NCBI RefSeq assembly: GCF_044704955.1
Contig: NC_091983.1
Location: forward strand, 199,330,001-199,394,000
From: Pristiophorus japonicus
Lineage: Eukaryota
Direction: 5' to 3'
DNA length: 64,000 nt
The notes below the pieces were generated by a model that ran no database searches, was not told where the DNA came from, and was given only the letters and a program-made list of their open reading frames with translations. The position numbers and the translations under genes are program-made. Positions 35,636 through 48,068 of this stretch are shown piece by piece (the first letter of the stretch is position 1; each line of letters opens with the position of its first letter).

Positions 35636-35869
35636 TTTTTAAAAATATTTTCCTTTATATTGAACTCTAGATTTCTTATCATGGGAAATCATCTTGCTCC
35701 ACTTAGCCAGAGCTGTAAGTAGCATGGCTACAGGTGTAAATAGAAGAGAGAGTCAATTTCTCTTTTTTTTTTTTAAATGTCTTCCCTTCTCCTTTAAGAT
35801 GTATCCTCAGAGCAACTAAAGTAGTAAGATAGATGGCATAGATAAGAACAAATAAGAAAATACGCGAAA

Positions 35870-38800
35870 CCATAAGAGAAAGGAGAGTCGGGAGTTTTGG
35901 GGTCGGAACAGTAGATGCCTACAAAAGGCAGAGAGTCAGAGAGGCGTCGGAGAGTCTGGGAATTCCGGGGATGGTATTTGCCTCCCTGGTGCAAGGGTCA
36001 AGGATGTCTCGGAGCGGGTGCAGGACATTCTGAAAAGGGAGGGTGAACAGCCAGTTGTCGTGGTGCATATAGGTACCAACGATATAGGTAAAAAACGGGA
36101 TGAGGTCCTACGAGACGAATTTAGGGAGCTAGGAGTTAAATTAAAAGGTAGGACCTCAAAAGTAGTAATCTCAGGATTGCGACCAGTGCCACGTGCTAGT
36201 CAGAGTAGAAATCACAGGATAGCTCAGATGAATACGTGGCTTGAGCAGTGGTGCAGAAGGGAGGGATTCAAATTCCTGGGGCATTGGAACCAGTTCTGGG
36301 GGAGGTGGGACCAGAACAAACTGGATGGTCTGCACCTCGGCAGGACCAGAACCAATGTCCTAGGGGGCGTGTTTGCTAGGGCTGTTGGGGAAGAGTTAAA
36401 CTAATGTGGCAGGGGGATGGGAACCTATGCAGGGAGACAGAGGAAAATAAAATGGAGTCAGAAGCAAAAGATAGAAAGGAGAATAGTAAAAGTGGAGGGC
36501 AGAGAAACTTAAGGCAAAAAACAAAAAGAGCCACATTACAGAAATATTCTAAAGGGGAAAAGTGTGTTAAAAAGACAAGCCTGAAGGCTCTGTGCCTCAA
36601 TGCGAGGAGTATTCAGAATAAGGTTGATGAATTAACTGCGCAGATAGCAGTTAACGGGTATGATATAATTGGCATCACAGAGATATGGCTCCAGGGTGAC
36701 CAAGGCTGGGAACTCAACATCCAAGAATATTCAGCATTTAGGAAGGATAGACAGAAAGGAAAAGGAGATGAGATGGCGTTGCTGGTTAAAGAGGAAATTA
36801 ATGCAATAGTAAGGAGGGACATTAGCCTGGATGATGTGGAATTGGTATGGGTGGAGCTGCGGAATTCCAAAGGGCAGAAAACGCTAGTGGAAGTTTATGT
36901 ACAGACCACCAAACAGTAGTAGTGAGGTTGGGGACAGCATCAAACAAGAAATAAGGGATGTGTGCAATAAAGGTACAGCAGTTATCATGGGCGACTTTAA
37001 TCTACATATTGATTGGGCTAACCAAACTGGTAAGAATGCGGAAGAGGATTTCCTGGAGTGTATTAGGGATGGTTTTCTAGACCAATATGTCATGGAACCA
37101 ACTAGAGAGCTGGCCATCCTAGACTGGGTGATGTGCAATGAGAAGGGACTAATTAGCTATCTTGTTGTGTGAGGCACCTTGGGGAAGAGTGACCATAATA
37201 TGGTAGAATTCTTTATTAAGATGGAGAGTGATAGTTAATTTGGAAACGAGGGTCCTGAACTTAAGGAAAGGTAACTTCGACGGTATGAGGTGTGAATTGG
37301 CTAGAATAGACTGGCAAATTATACTTAAAGGGTTGACAGTGGATAAGCAATGGCAAACATTTAAAGATCACATGGATGAACTTCAGCAATTGTACATCCC
37401 TGTCTGGAGTAAAAATAAAAAACGGGGAAGGTGGCACAACCATGGCTAACAAGAGAAATCAAGGATAGTGTTAAAGCCAAGGAAGAGGCATATCATTTGG
37501 CTAGAAAAAGCAACAAACCTAAGGACTGGGAGAAATTTAGAATTCAACAGAGGAAGATTAAGGGTTTAATTAAGAAGGGGAAAATAAAGTACGAAAGGAA
37601 GCTTGCAGGGAACATAAAAACTGACTGCAAAAGCTTCGAGAAATATATGTGGAGAAAAAGATTAGTTAAGGCAAACGTAGGTCCCTTGCTGTCGGATTCA
37701 GGTGAATTTATAATGGGGAACAAAGAAATGGCAGACCAATTAAACAAATACTTTGGTTCTCTCTTCACGAAGGAAGACACAAATAACCTACCGAATGTAC
37801 TAGGGGACAGTAGATCTAGTGAGGAGGAGGAACCGAAGGATATCCTTATCAGGAGGGAAATTGTGTTCGGGAAATTGATGGGATTGAAGGCCGATAAATC
37901 CCCCGGGCCTGATAGTCCGCATCCCAGAGTGCTTAAGGAAGTGGCCCTAGAAATAGTGGATGCATTAGTGTTCATTTTCCAACAGTCTATTGACTCTAGA
38001 TCAGTTCCTATGGACTGGAGGGTAGCTAATGTAACAGCACTTTTTTAAAAAAAGGAGGGAGAGAGAAGACGTGTAATTATAGACCAGTTAGCCTGACATC
38101 AGTAGTGGGGAAAATGTTGGAATCAATCATTAAGGATGAAATAGCAGCACATTTGGACAGCAGTGACAGGATTGGACCAAGTCAACATGGATTTATGAAA
38201 GTGAAATCATGCTTGACGAATCTTCTGGAATTTTTTTTGAGGATGTAACTAGTAGAGTGGACAAGGGAGAACCAGTGGATGTGGTGTATGTGGACTTTCA
38301 AAAGGCCTTTGACAAGGTCCCACACAAGAGATTGGTGTGCAAAATAAAAGCGGATGGTATTGGGGGTAATGTACTGAAGTGGATAGAGAACTGGTTGGCA
38401 GACAGGAAGCAGAGAGTCAGGATAAACGGGTCCTTTTCAGAATGGCAGGCAGTGACGAGTGGAGTGCCGCAGGGCTCAGTGCTGGGACCTCAGCTCTTTA
38501 CAATATACATGAACCATTTAGATGAAGGAATTGAGTGTAATATCTCCAAGTTTGCAGATGACACTAAACTAGGTGGTGGTGTGAGCTGTGAGGAGGACGC
38601 TAAGAGGCTGCAGGGTGACTTGGACAGGTTAGGTGAGTGGGCAAATGCATGGCAGATGCAGTATAATGTGGATAAATGTGAGGTTATCCATTTTGGGGGC
38701 AAAAACACGAAGGCAGATTATCTGGATGGCGGTAGATTAGGAAAAGGGGAGGTGCAACGGGACCTGAGTGTCATGGTTCATCAGTCCCTGAAAGTAGGCA

Positions 38801-39471
38801 TGCAGGTAGAGCAGGTGGTGAAGGCAGCAAATGGTATGTTGGCTTTCATAGCTAGGGGATTTGAGTATAGGAGCAGGGAGGTCTTACTGCAGTTGTACAG
38901 GGCCTTAGTGAGGCCTCACCTGGAATATTGTGTTCAGTTTTGGTCTCCTAATCTGAGGAAGGACGTTCTTGCTATTGAGGGAGTGCAGCAAAGGTTCACC
39001 AGACTGATTCCAGGGATGGCTGGGCTGTCATATGAGGAGAGACTGGATCAACTGGGCCTTTATTCACTGGAGTTTAGAAGGATGAAAGGGGATCTCATAG
39101 AAACATATAAGATTCTGACGGGACTTGACAGGTTAGATGCGGGAAGAATGTTCCTGATGTTGGGGAAGTCCAAAACCAGGGGACATAGTCTTAGGATAAG
39201 GGGTAGGCCATTTAGGACTGAGATGAGGAGAAACTTCTTCACTCAGAGTTGTTAACCTGTGGAATTCCCTGCCGCAGAGAGTTGCTGATGCCAGTTCATT
39301 GGATATATTCAAGAGGGAGTTCGATATGGCCCTTACGGCTAAGGGGATCAAGGGTTATGGAGAGAAAGCAGGAAAGGGGTACTGAGGGAATGATCAGCCA
39401 TGATCTTATTGAATGACGGTGCAGGCTCAGAGGGTCGAATGGCCTTCTCCTTCACCTATTTTCTATGTTTC
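35870..39471 (+). mobile_element. CR1 LINE (ORF1 esterase half + ORF2 APE/RT), ORF1 N-half missing
   Basis: VVVHIGTND..DGLHL (SGNH esterase), APE motifs, RT ORF 38209-39255. Confidence 0.95.
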
Positions 39472-39477
39472 GATGAG

Positions 39478-40720
39478 TCGACCATTTGGCCACTCGAGCC
39501 TGCTCCGCCATTCAATAAGATCATGGCTGTTCCGGTTTCAGCCTCAACTCTACTTCCCTGCCCGATCCCCATAACCCTCGACTCCCTTATCGTTCAAACA
39601 TCTCTCCATCTCCACCTTAAGTGACCCAGCCTCCACAGCTTTCCGTGGTAGAGAATTTCACAGATTCGCGACCCTCAAAGAAATTCCTCCTCATCTCTTC
39701 TCTGAATTGCCTCCAATGGAAGTATATCCCTCCTTAAATAAGGAGAGCAAAACTATACACAATATTCTAGGTGTGGTCTCGCCAACGCCCTGTATAGTTG
39801 GAGCAGGACTTCCCTACTTTTATATTCCATCCCCCTTGCAATAAAGACCAACATTCCATATGCCTCCCCAATTACTTGCTGTACCTGCTGCTAACTTTGT
39901 GTTTCATGCACAAGGACCCCCAGATTTTGTAATCTCTCCATTTAAATTATAATTTGCTTTTTTATTTTTCCTACCAAAGTGGATAACCTCACATTTTCCC
40001 ACATTATACTCCATCTTTCAAATTTTTGCCCACTCACTTAGCCTACTTATAACCCTTTGCATATTTTTTGTGTCCTCCTCACAACTTGCTTTCCAACCCA
40101 TCTTTGTATCAGCAGCAATTTGGCTACATTACACTTGGTCCCTTCATCCAAATCATTAATATAGATTGTAAATATATTACAATCCAGCACCAATCCCTGC
40201 GGCACCCCACTCATTACAGTTTGCCAACCTGAAAATGACCCATTGATCCAGACTCTCTGCTTTCTGTTAGTTAGCCAATCCTCTATCCATACTAATATAT
40301 TACCCCCAACCCCATGAGCTCTCATCTTGTTCAGTAACCTTTTATGTGGCACCTTATCGAATGCCTTCCGGAAATTCAAATACATGACATCCACTGGTTC
40401 CCCTTTATCCACCCTGCTCGTTACATCCTCAATAAACTCCAGCAAATTTGTCAAACATGATTTCCGTTTCATAAAACCATGCTGACTCTGCTGGACAGTA
40501 TTATGATTTTCTAAATGTCCTGCTACTATTTCCTTAATAATGAACCCCAGCATTTTTCCAATGATGAATGTTAGGCTAACTGTCTCCCTCCTTTCTTAAA
40601 ATGGGGCATTACATTTGCGGTTTTCCAATCCGCTGGGACCTCTCCAGACCTCTCCAGAATCCAGGGAATTTTGGTAATTACAACCAATGCATCCATTATC
40701 TCTGTAGTCACTTCTTTTGC
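39478..40720 (-). mobile_element. CR1 RT fragment with internal deletions
   Basis: ORF 40047-40553 [22 protein letters not shown]. Confidence 0.88.
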
Positions 40721-42344
40721 AGGCCATGAGGTCCAAATAAGAGGGGCCAATCAGCCCATATAGTGCTTCCTTCCATAGGAACCACATTCACCTATCACAG
40801 CATCCAACGACCCCTGGAATCGTTTGTGTCTCCACAACTTTACCCAGAAGGCTATTCTAGATAGTCTTTGAACTCAAGACAGTTGTTCAGATTTTGCTGA
40901 AACGAAGCATCTCACAGCATGCCCAGTTTGTTAGATTAGTTTTCTTCACCCTTCTGCTCAAAAAATCTTTGTATCGCAAATTGCTGAAGGTGTGTTCTGA
41001 CAACGGCGTGACGAGGTCAACAGGGCATCTGAGACCTTGGTGAACGACGGAGCCAACAGTTTATCTCTTTAACCAATGAGATTTAAGAACAAAAAAAGAA
41101 ACAGGAGAACGACGGAGAAAAAAAAAAAGAGAATTAAACTGAAATTAGATACAGGAAGATATACAAGAGGGAAAGAAAGATTGAATTAAGAGAGAAAATT
41201 GATGCTTGGGCTCCAACCGCCATTTAAATAATCTAGGTTATTTGGGAATGAAAGTTTTTAAGATCATTCCAAGATCAGATGTATACTGACTAAGATCTGA
41301 ACATTTTTTTTGCGCTCAACGAGGTGATGAATGCCAGTACTGGAGAATAAAAATCGGTATCACTTTCAGTTTCAGAATTCCAAAGTCAGCATCACACCCA
41401 GATTCAGAATAAAACTCCCCCTACTCTGTTACAATGATGTCCCATAACACCTGAAGAACATTCTGGGCCAAAGTGAATATTTCCTCTTCATTTTGAGATG
41501 GTCAGAGGGCATGAGAGGTACTATTAATAAATGCAAGTTCTTTCTTGTTGATTTGTGGGGAAAACATTCCTGTGGGTTAATGCAGCAGTACTGGATTCAG
41601 CTCATTTCACTTAGAAACCTAACTGGCAGGAGAGAAAAAAAACACGTCATCCTACCAGTTTTGGCTGGATTAGACACCAGCTCCTAAATGTGAAATGAAG
41701 ATGTGCTAATCCACTATATCACCTATCTCCTGAAATCCAACTTTCGGTTCTCAAAGTTTTTCTGATTGTTTGAGAAAAACACTTTGCTCGATAGATTAAC
41801 AGCAATATGTTCCTTGAACCATTGTAGTCTCAAATCACATTTAGGAAGAAATATACAATACCAAACCAGACTACACACATAGTAATGCTCTTTCACATTT
41901 TCCTCGTACACATTAAAAGCCAGACTGGAATGAGTCTCTTCTAACTTTGGTAGTCCATCAATCCCTTCAGTTTATCAATGTTTCATGAATTTGACAGCTG
42001 TTGCTACATACTCTCATTTCTCAGCAGTACCAAAAAGAGCCCGTCTTAAATTGCCATTATGTTGTGTGCTAAATATTAAACAGAATACAAGCAATGAAAA
42101 AATATATAGAGGTCAATTTTTCCCAGCATATATGCTTCCTGAGATTTTCCAATATGCACAGCTAGCAGGTGATCTTCTCTGTCAGCAGCATGTACTTAGA
42201 AAATCAGCCCTATATGTTCTTTAGGTTAGAAATTGTACTTCAGAGCAATAAACAAAGTCTGAATTTCAATATATAAGGAAGACAAAATACAATAATAATG
42301 ATGTTTTCCCATGGAGTCTTTAGAATCAGCCAGCAGCTTTCGCT

Positions 42345-43607
42345 TCCCTAATATATTTATGAGTATGATTAAGAAGTTTGCAGACGACACTAACATTGGC
42401 TGTGTGGTTGATAATGAAGAGGAAAGTCATGGGCTGCAGGAGATATCAATCTACTGGTCAGGTGGGCAAAGCAGTGGCAAATGCAATTTAATTCAGAGAA
42501 GAAGTGAGAGATGATGCACTTTGGGAGGGCTAATAAGGAAAGAGTATACACATTAAGCGGTAGGCCACTTAATAGTGCAGGTTAAACAAAGAGACCTTGG
42601 AGTGCTTGTCCAAGTTCCCTGAAAGTAGGCCAGGTGAGAAGGTGGTTAAGGTAGTATATAGAATGCTTGCCTTTATTGGCTGAGGCAGAGAATATAAGAG
42701 CAGGTAGGTTATGCTTAAATTGTATAATACTTTGGTTAGGCCACAGCTGGAGTATTGCGTTCAGTTCTGGTCGCCGTATTATAGGAAGGACGTAATTGCA
42801 GTAGAGAGGGTGCAGAGGAGATTTACTAGGATGCTGCCTGGAATGAAGAATCTTAGTTATGAGGACAGATTAGATAGGCTGGGTTTGTTCTCAACAGAGG
42901 AGGTTGAGAGGAAACCTCATCAAGGTGTACAAAATATTGAGGGGCCTGGACATAGTGGATAGTAAGAGTCTATTTCCATTGGTGGAGGGGTCTATTACAA
43001 GGGGGCATAGTTTTAAGGTGGTTAGTGGAAGGCTTAGAGGGGATTTGAGGGGGGGGGGGGGGGCTTCTTTACAGAGGGTTGTGGGGATCTGGAACGCACT
43101 GCCTGGAAGGGTGGTGGATGCAGAAACACTCACCACTTTTAAGAGATGGTTGGATGGTCACTTAAAGTGCAGTAACCTGCAGGGTTACGGACCTAGAGCT
43201 GGTAATTGGGATTAGACTGGATGACCTTTTGTTGGAGCAGATATAATGGTAAGTACTGCAGGGAATAGAATACGGCTAGGGTGATCGCCTGGATGGGTCG
43301 GAAAGGAATTTTCCCAGATTTTTTCTCCCTAAATTGGCCTGGGTTTTTATTTGTTTTTTTGCCTCTCCCAGGAGATCACATGGCTCCGGTTGGGGTGGAG
43401 TGTAGAATGTTTTAGTATAAGGGGTGTCATAGTTGTGGTGAGGCGGACTGGTTGGGCTGGGTGCTCTTTGCCTTTCAGTCATTGTTCATAGGTTTAAGTG
43501 TAACCTTTAGGGCTGCTGACCAAGGGCCGTGTGGCTCTTTGTTGGCTGGCGCGGACACGATGGGCTGGAATGGCCTCCTTCTGCGCTGTAAATTTCTATG
43601 TTTCTAT
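42345..43607 (+). mobile_element. CR1 LINE 3' portion with a long composite 3'UTR
   Basis: KFADD, LVRPQLEYCVQFWSP, tail TGTAAATTTCTATGTTTCTAT. Confidence 0.88.
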
Positions 43608-45310
43608 ACTCAGGATTCTTGCAGATAGGATCTCTAAAGATCTGCTGGCAAAAATAATTCAAAAAGACCCAGTCTAAAAATTGTAACAAATTAAGCAGAT
43701 GTGAATTATATTGACCAAAAGAACAAGACACAAACATGCAAGATGGTTAATAAAGTGCATCATTTTTAGAGCACAATAGATAGCAACAGCCTAGTTATAG
43801 ATATGGATGAGGAAGGTCATGAGACTCATTCTACCTCATCCATTAAGAACCTACAGTCCTCCAATCAGAGCATCCAATTATTTATTCTATAAATAATTAT
43901 ATTGGAAGATACATAGGAAACAGGGACAAGAGCAGGTCATTGCTGCCTGCTCTACCACTGCATTAGATACATCAGGCCTAACACCCAGCTAGCTTTTAAT
44001 GATTATGGACCTGGACTCTATGCTTGAAGGGGGTAAATACATACATAACCTGTGGAAACGTTATTTCAGTGAGTGAGTGGTAAATTGATGGAACAGGCTC
44101 TCTAGGGAGATGGTAAACCTGAAAGTGTTGATTCATTCAAATTAGACAGACTTCCTTCAGAAAATAATATTCTGGAATATGATGTGAATAATGAGATACA
44201 CAAAATATGGTTAAGTGTATCATGCTTAGGAGGAACAAGTGACTTTGGACCAGGGTTTTTTTTCACCTCATGTCTGGGTATGTTGTAGACTAAATGAGAG
44301 AGACTGATTACCATGATTAGTCAATAATTCCATTATTGCTGTCTCATGCAACTAACAGATGTCAAACTAGATCTTGATCTTTTTTCATCTAGCAATTTCT
44401 CTATTATATATTCATAAGATCCTTAAATTCATCTGTTTATCGACACCCTCTGGTGCTTCTCCATTTACTTTCATCTGCCCGACATTATTGTGTCCGAGAT
44501 TTACTACATCATACTTTTTAAGATCAAATGCAGGAGCTGAACAGTGTTAGATGCAGTTTAATCCATGTGCATTCACAATTTTCTGGTGTAATCTTCACAT
44601 TTCACTATACCTCTTTAGCTTAGTATCTAAAAATTGATATATTCCCTTCTATTCCCAAATAACCTGGTTTGTTTACACAAAAATTTAAAACAAACTGGGG
44701 CCTGCTGGTCACGAACTGCCTGGGTTTTGCCTCTACTACCAGAAGTCCATTCCAAGTGTTGATCACTTTTGGTCTGATGAAAAAAAATCTTCCTGGCATC
44801 AGGCCCAAGTTTCCCTTTCACCAGTTGGACCTCTATTACAAAGTATTACATAGTATTTATAGCACAGAAACAGGCCATTTGGCCCAATAGGTGTCTACGC
44901 TCCACATGAGCCTCCTCCCACCCGTCTTCATCTAACCCCACCCACTTATCGTTCTATTCCTTTCCCTTAAATGCATCTAAGCCTCAACTACTCCTTGTGC
45001 GAGCGAGTTCCACATTTTAACCATTCACTGGGTAAAGAAGTTTCTCCTGAATTCCCTATTGGATTTATTAGTGACTTTCTTATATCTATAGCCCCTAATT
45101 CTGGTCTCCACCACATGTGGAAGCACCTTCTCGATGTCTACAATCCCAATATCTTTGTGTCCATCAATTCTGGCCTCTTGAACATCCCTGATTTTAATCA
45201 CTCCACCACTGGCAGCCTTGCCTTCAGCTGCCTAGGTCCTAAGCTCCAGAATTCCCTCCCTAAATCTCTCTGCCTTTCTACTTCTCTTTCCTCCTTTACT
45301 GCACTCCTCG

Positions 45311-45762
45311 GCAGTGTCAGCTGTGGCTCAGTGGGTAGTCAGAAGGTTATGGGTTAAAGTCCCACTCCAGGGACTTGAGCACAAAAAAAACATCTAGGCT
45401 GACACTCCAGCGCAGTGCTGAGGGAATGCTGCACTGTCTGAGGCACCGTCTTTCGGATGAGACGTTAAACCAAGGTCCTGTCTACTCTCTCAAGTGGACT
45501 TAAAAGATCACTTGCCACTATTTCAAAGAAGAGCAGGGAAGTTATCTCCAGTGTCCTGGCCAATATTTATTCTCAATCAACATCACTAAAATGGATTATC
45601 TGGTCATTATCACATTACTTTTTGTGGGAGCTTGCTGTGCACAAATTGGCTGCCACCTTTCCTACATTACAGCAGTGACGACACTTAAAATGTACTTGAT
45701 TGGCTGTGAAATACTTTGGGATGTCCAGTGGTTGTGAAAGGCACTATATAATTGCAAGTCTT
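45311..45762 (+). mobile_element. tRNA-derived Deu-domain SINE (SacSINE1-like)
   Basis: A-box TGGCTCAGTGG; Deu core GTCTTTCGGATGAGACGTTAAACC; L2-type tail GGCACTATATAATTGCAAG. Confidence 0.8.
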
Positions 45763-46054
45763 AGGATTGCTCATGGTTTCAATTTCAGAAATTAGGAGTT
45801 TGATATTTCAAATCCTAGTTTTTCATTTTTTTGGCAGTTTGCAGGATGTTTATGAAAAATGCTAGTTAATCACTATCAAAATAATATGTTTTAATAAAAT
45901 ATGTAATAATCTATGAAGGTTTCCCTACAAACTGAAGCTGGGAGCAGCAAGCATATTATCTGGAGACAAAATCGTGATAGTCTCTTCAGTCATTAATGGC
46001 TGCTACCTAGTGAGTGAGAAACACTCACTCTGAAATGCTTTTTATAGTGTCAAT

Positions 46055-46989
46055 GGGCTCAAGTTTCGGACTCCCGCTAGAACGGCGCACCATCAGAGAG
46101 GCCTGCCTAATTTGTAGAACAAAAATTGCGCCAAATACTTACCTCGCGATTCTCCGATAGCTGTAGGCCCATTTCTAGCTCGGCGCTGCGCAGGAGCTGC
46201 TGGGAGAATCTACAGCCTGCGCCAAAAACAGTGCCAGCAGCTGCGCACGTGCGCAGTAGCTCCCAGCGTGTCCTGTCTCCTGGGCGACGACCCTATCCCT
46301 GGCCGAAGGGACATCGCCCCTATCCCGGGCTGAGTGGCCAAACACCGTTTACCTCGGGTGGGCGGGGCCGGCCCACCCACCCGGCCTCTCGCTGGGGGCG
46401 GGTCCCGCCCGAAGAGTCGACGGCGGCGGCAGTCTGGCATCGGCTGCGTGCGGGCCTCGCCCGAAGTACTCGGCGGGGCCCGTTCAGCTTCTTCTCTTCC
46501 CCCTCCCCCCCACCTCTTCTCCAGTGCTGCAGTAGGTGAGAAGAAATATTTGAGTGATTTTTTATTATTTTTTATTTTATAATTTTTTTGATTTATTGGT
46601 TGATTGGTTGATTTATTTATCATTGATTTATTGTAAAAGTGAAGTGTTTAATGTTTGTAAACTTCTCTTTCTCCTCCCCCCCGCCCGCCACTATCTCAAT
46701 CCCTACACCTGGTTTCTAATTGTAGGCAAGATTTTTCTGAGCGTACAAAAATCTACATTTATTCCACTTTAAGTTAGTTTGGAGTAAGTTTTTGCTGCCT
46801 AAACTTGCAAAACAGGCGCAAGCGGCCGGACACGCCCCCTTTTGAAAAAAAATCTGTTCGAAAGTGTAACTATTCTAACTCACTAGAACTGGAGCAAACT
46901 AAATGCCGAGAATTGCAATTTCTAAGATGCTCCATTCTAAACTAGTTGCTCCAAAAAAATAGGAGCAACTCAGGCCAAAACTTGAGCCC
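46055..46989 (+). mobile_element. Non-autonomous Harbinger-type element
   Basis: TIR GGGCTCAAGTTT / AAACTTGAGCCC, perfect TSD AAT/AAT; right arm nearly identical to 34408-34630. Confidence 0.92.
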
Positions 46990-47169
46990 AATGAAACTAT
47001 AAGCACAACACATTAATATCTAGTTACTTATCAGAGTGATCCCTAGATCAAACAAGTTGTTGGAGCCAGAATTATTCCATTATCCAAGAAAGCCCCTCCG
47101 TTCCAAGATTGAGTATTAAATTATACAGTTCTGGAAGTATGTGGTTTTTCATTTTAGGGAACTATTGTA

Positions 47170-47705
47170 ATAGGAACATAGGTACAGGAGTAGGCCATTC
47201 AGTCCCTCAAGCCGGTTCTGCCATTCAATTAGATCACAGCTGATTTGTATCTTAACTCCATCTACCAGACTTGGTCTGTAGCCCTTAATACCCTTGTCTA
47301 ACAAAAATCTAGCAATCTTAGTTTTGAAACATTCATTTGATTTCCCACATCACCCCCCCCCCCCCCCACCTCAACAGCGTTTTGTTTTGGGGGGTCCAGA
47401 TTTCCACTACCCTTGTGTGAAGAAGTGCTTCCTGACATCACCCGAAATGGCCGAGCTTTAATTTTAAGGTTATGCCCCATTGGTCTGGACTCTCCCATCG
47501 GAGAAATTAGTTTATCTTATCTATCATATCAACTCCTTTAATCTTCTTAAACACCTCAATTAGATCACCCCTTAATCTTTTATATTCAAGGGAATACAAG
47601 CCTATTTTATGCAGCCTGTCCTCATAATTCAACCCTTTAGCACCAGTATCATTCTATTGAATCTGTGACGCACCCCCAGCAGCCCCCACTACCCAAGGCC
47701 AATAT
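47170..47705 (-). mobile_element. CR1 3' end, diverged
   Basis: Reverse-strand tail ATAGGAACATAGG and GESRPMGHNLKIKARPFR. Confidence 0.8.
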
Positions 47706-48068
47706 AGAACTTTTAGAAAAGATAGGCAAAATGGAAAAAGAGGAAGGATACCCCTGATAATAAAGGATGGGATAAAGACAGTAGAGAGAAAGGATCTTTG
47801 CTCAGAAAATCAAGAAGTAAAATCAGTTTAGGTGGAGCTAAGCAACAGCAAGGGACAGAAAACATTGGTGGGAGTTGTTTATAGTAGTTGCAATGTAGGG
47901 CAGAGTATAATTCAGGAAATTAGAGACACATGGTACAAGGGTTATATGGCAATCATGGAGGACTTTAATCTACATATAGACTGGGCAAACCAAATTTTCA
48001 GAAATGGTGTAGAGGATGAGTTCATGGAATGTATACAAGAGTTTTCTAGATCAAGTATTGTGAAATGA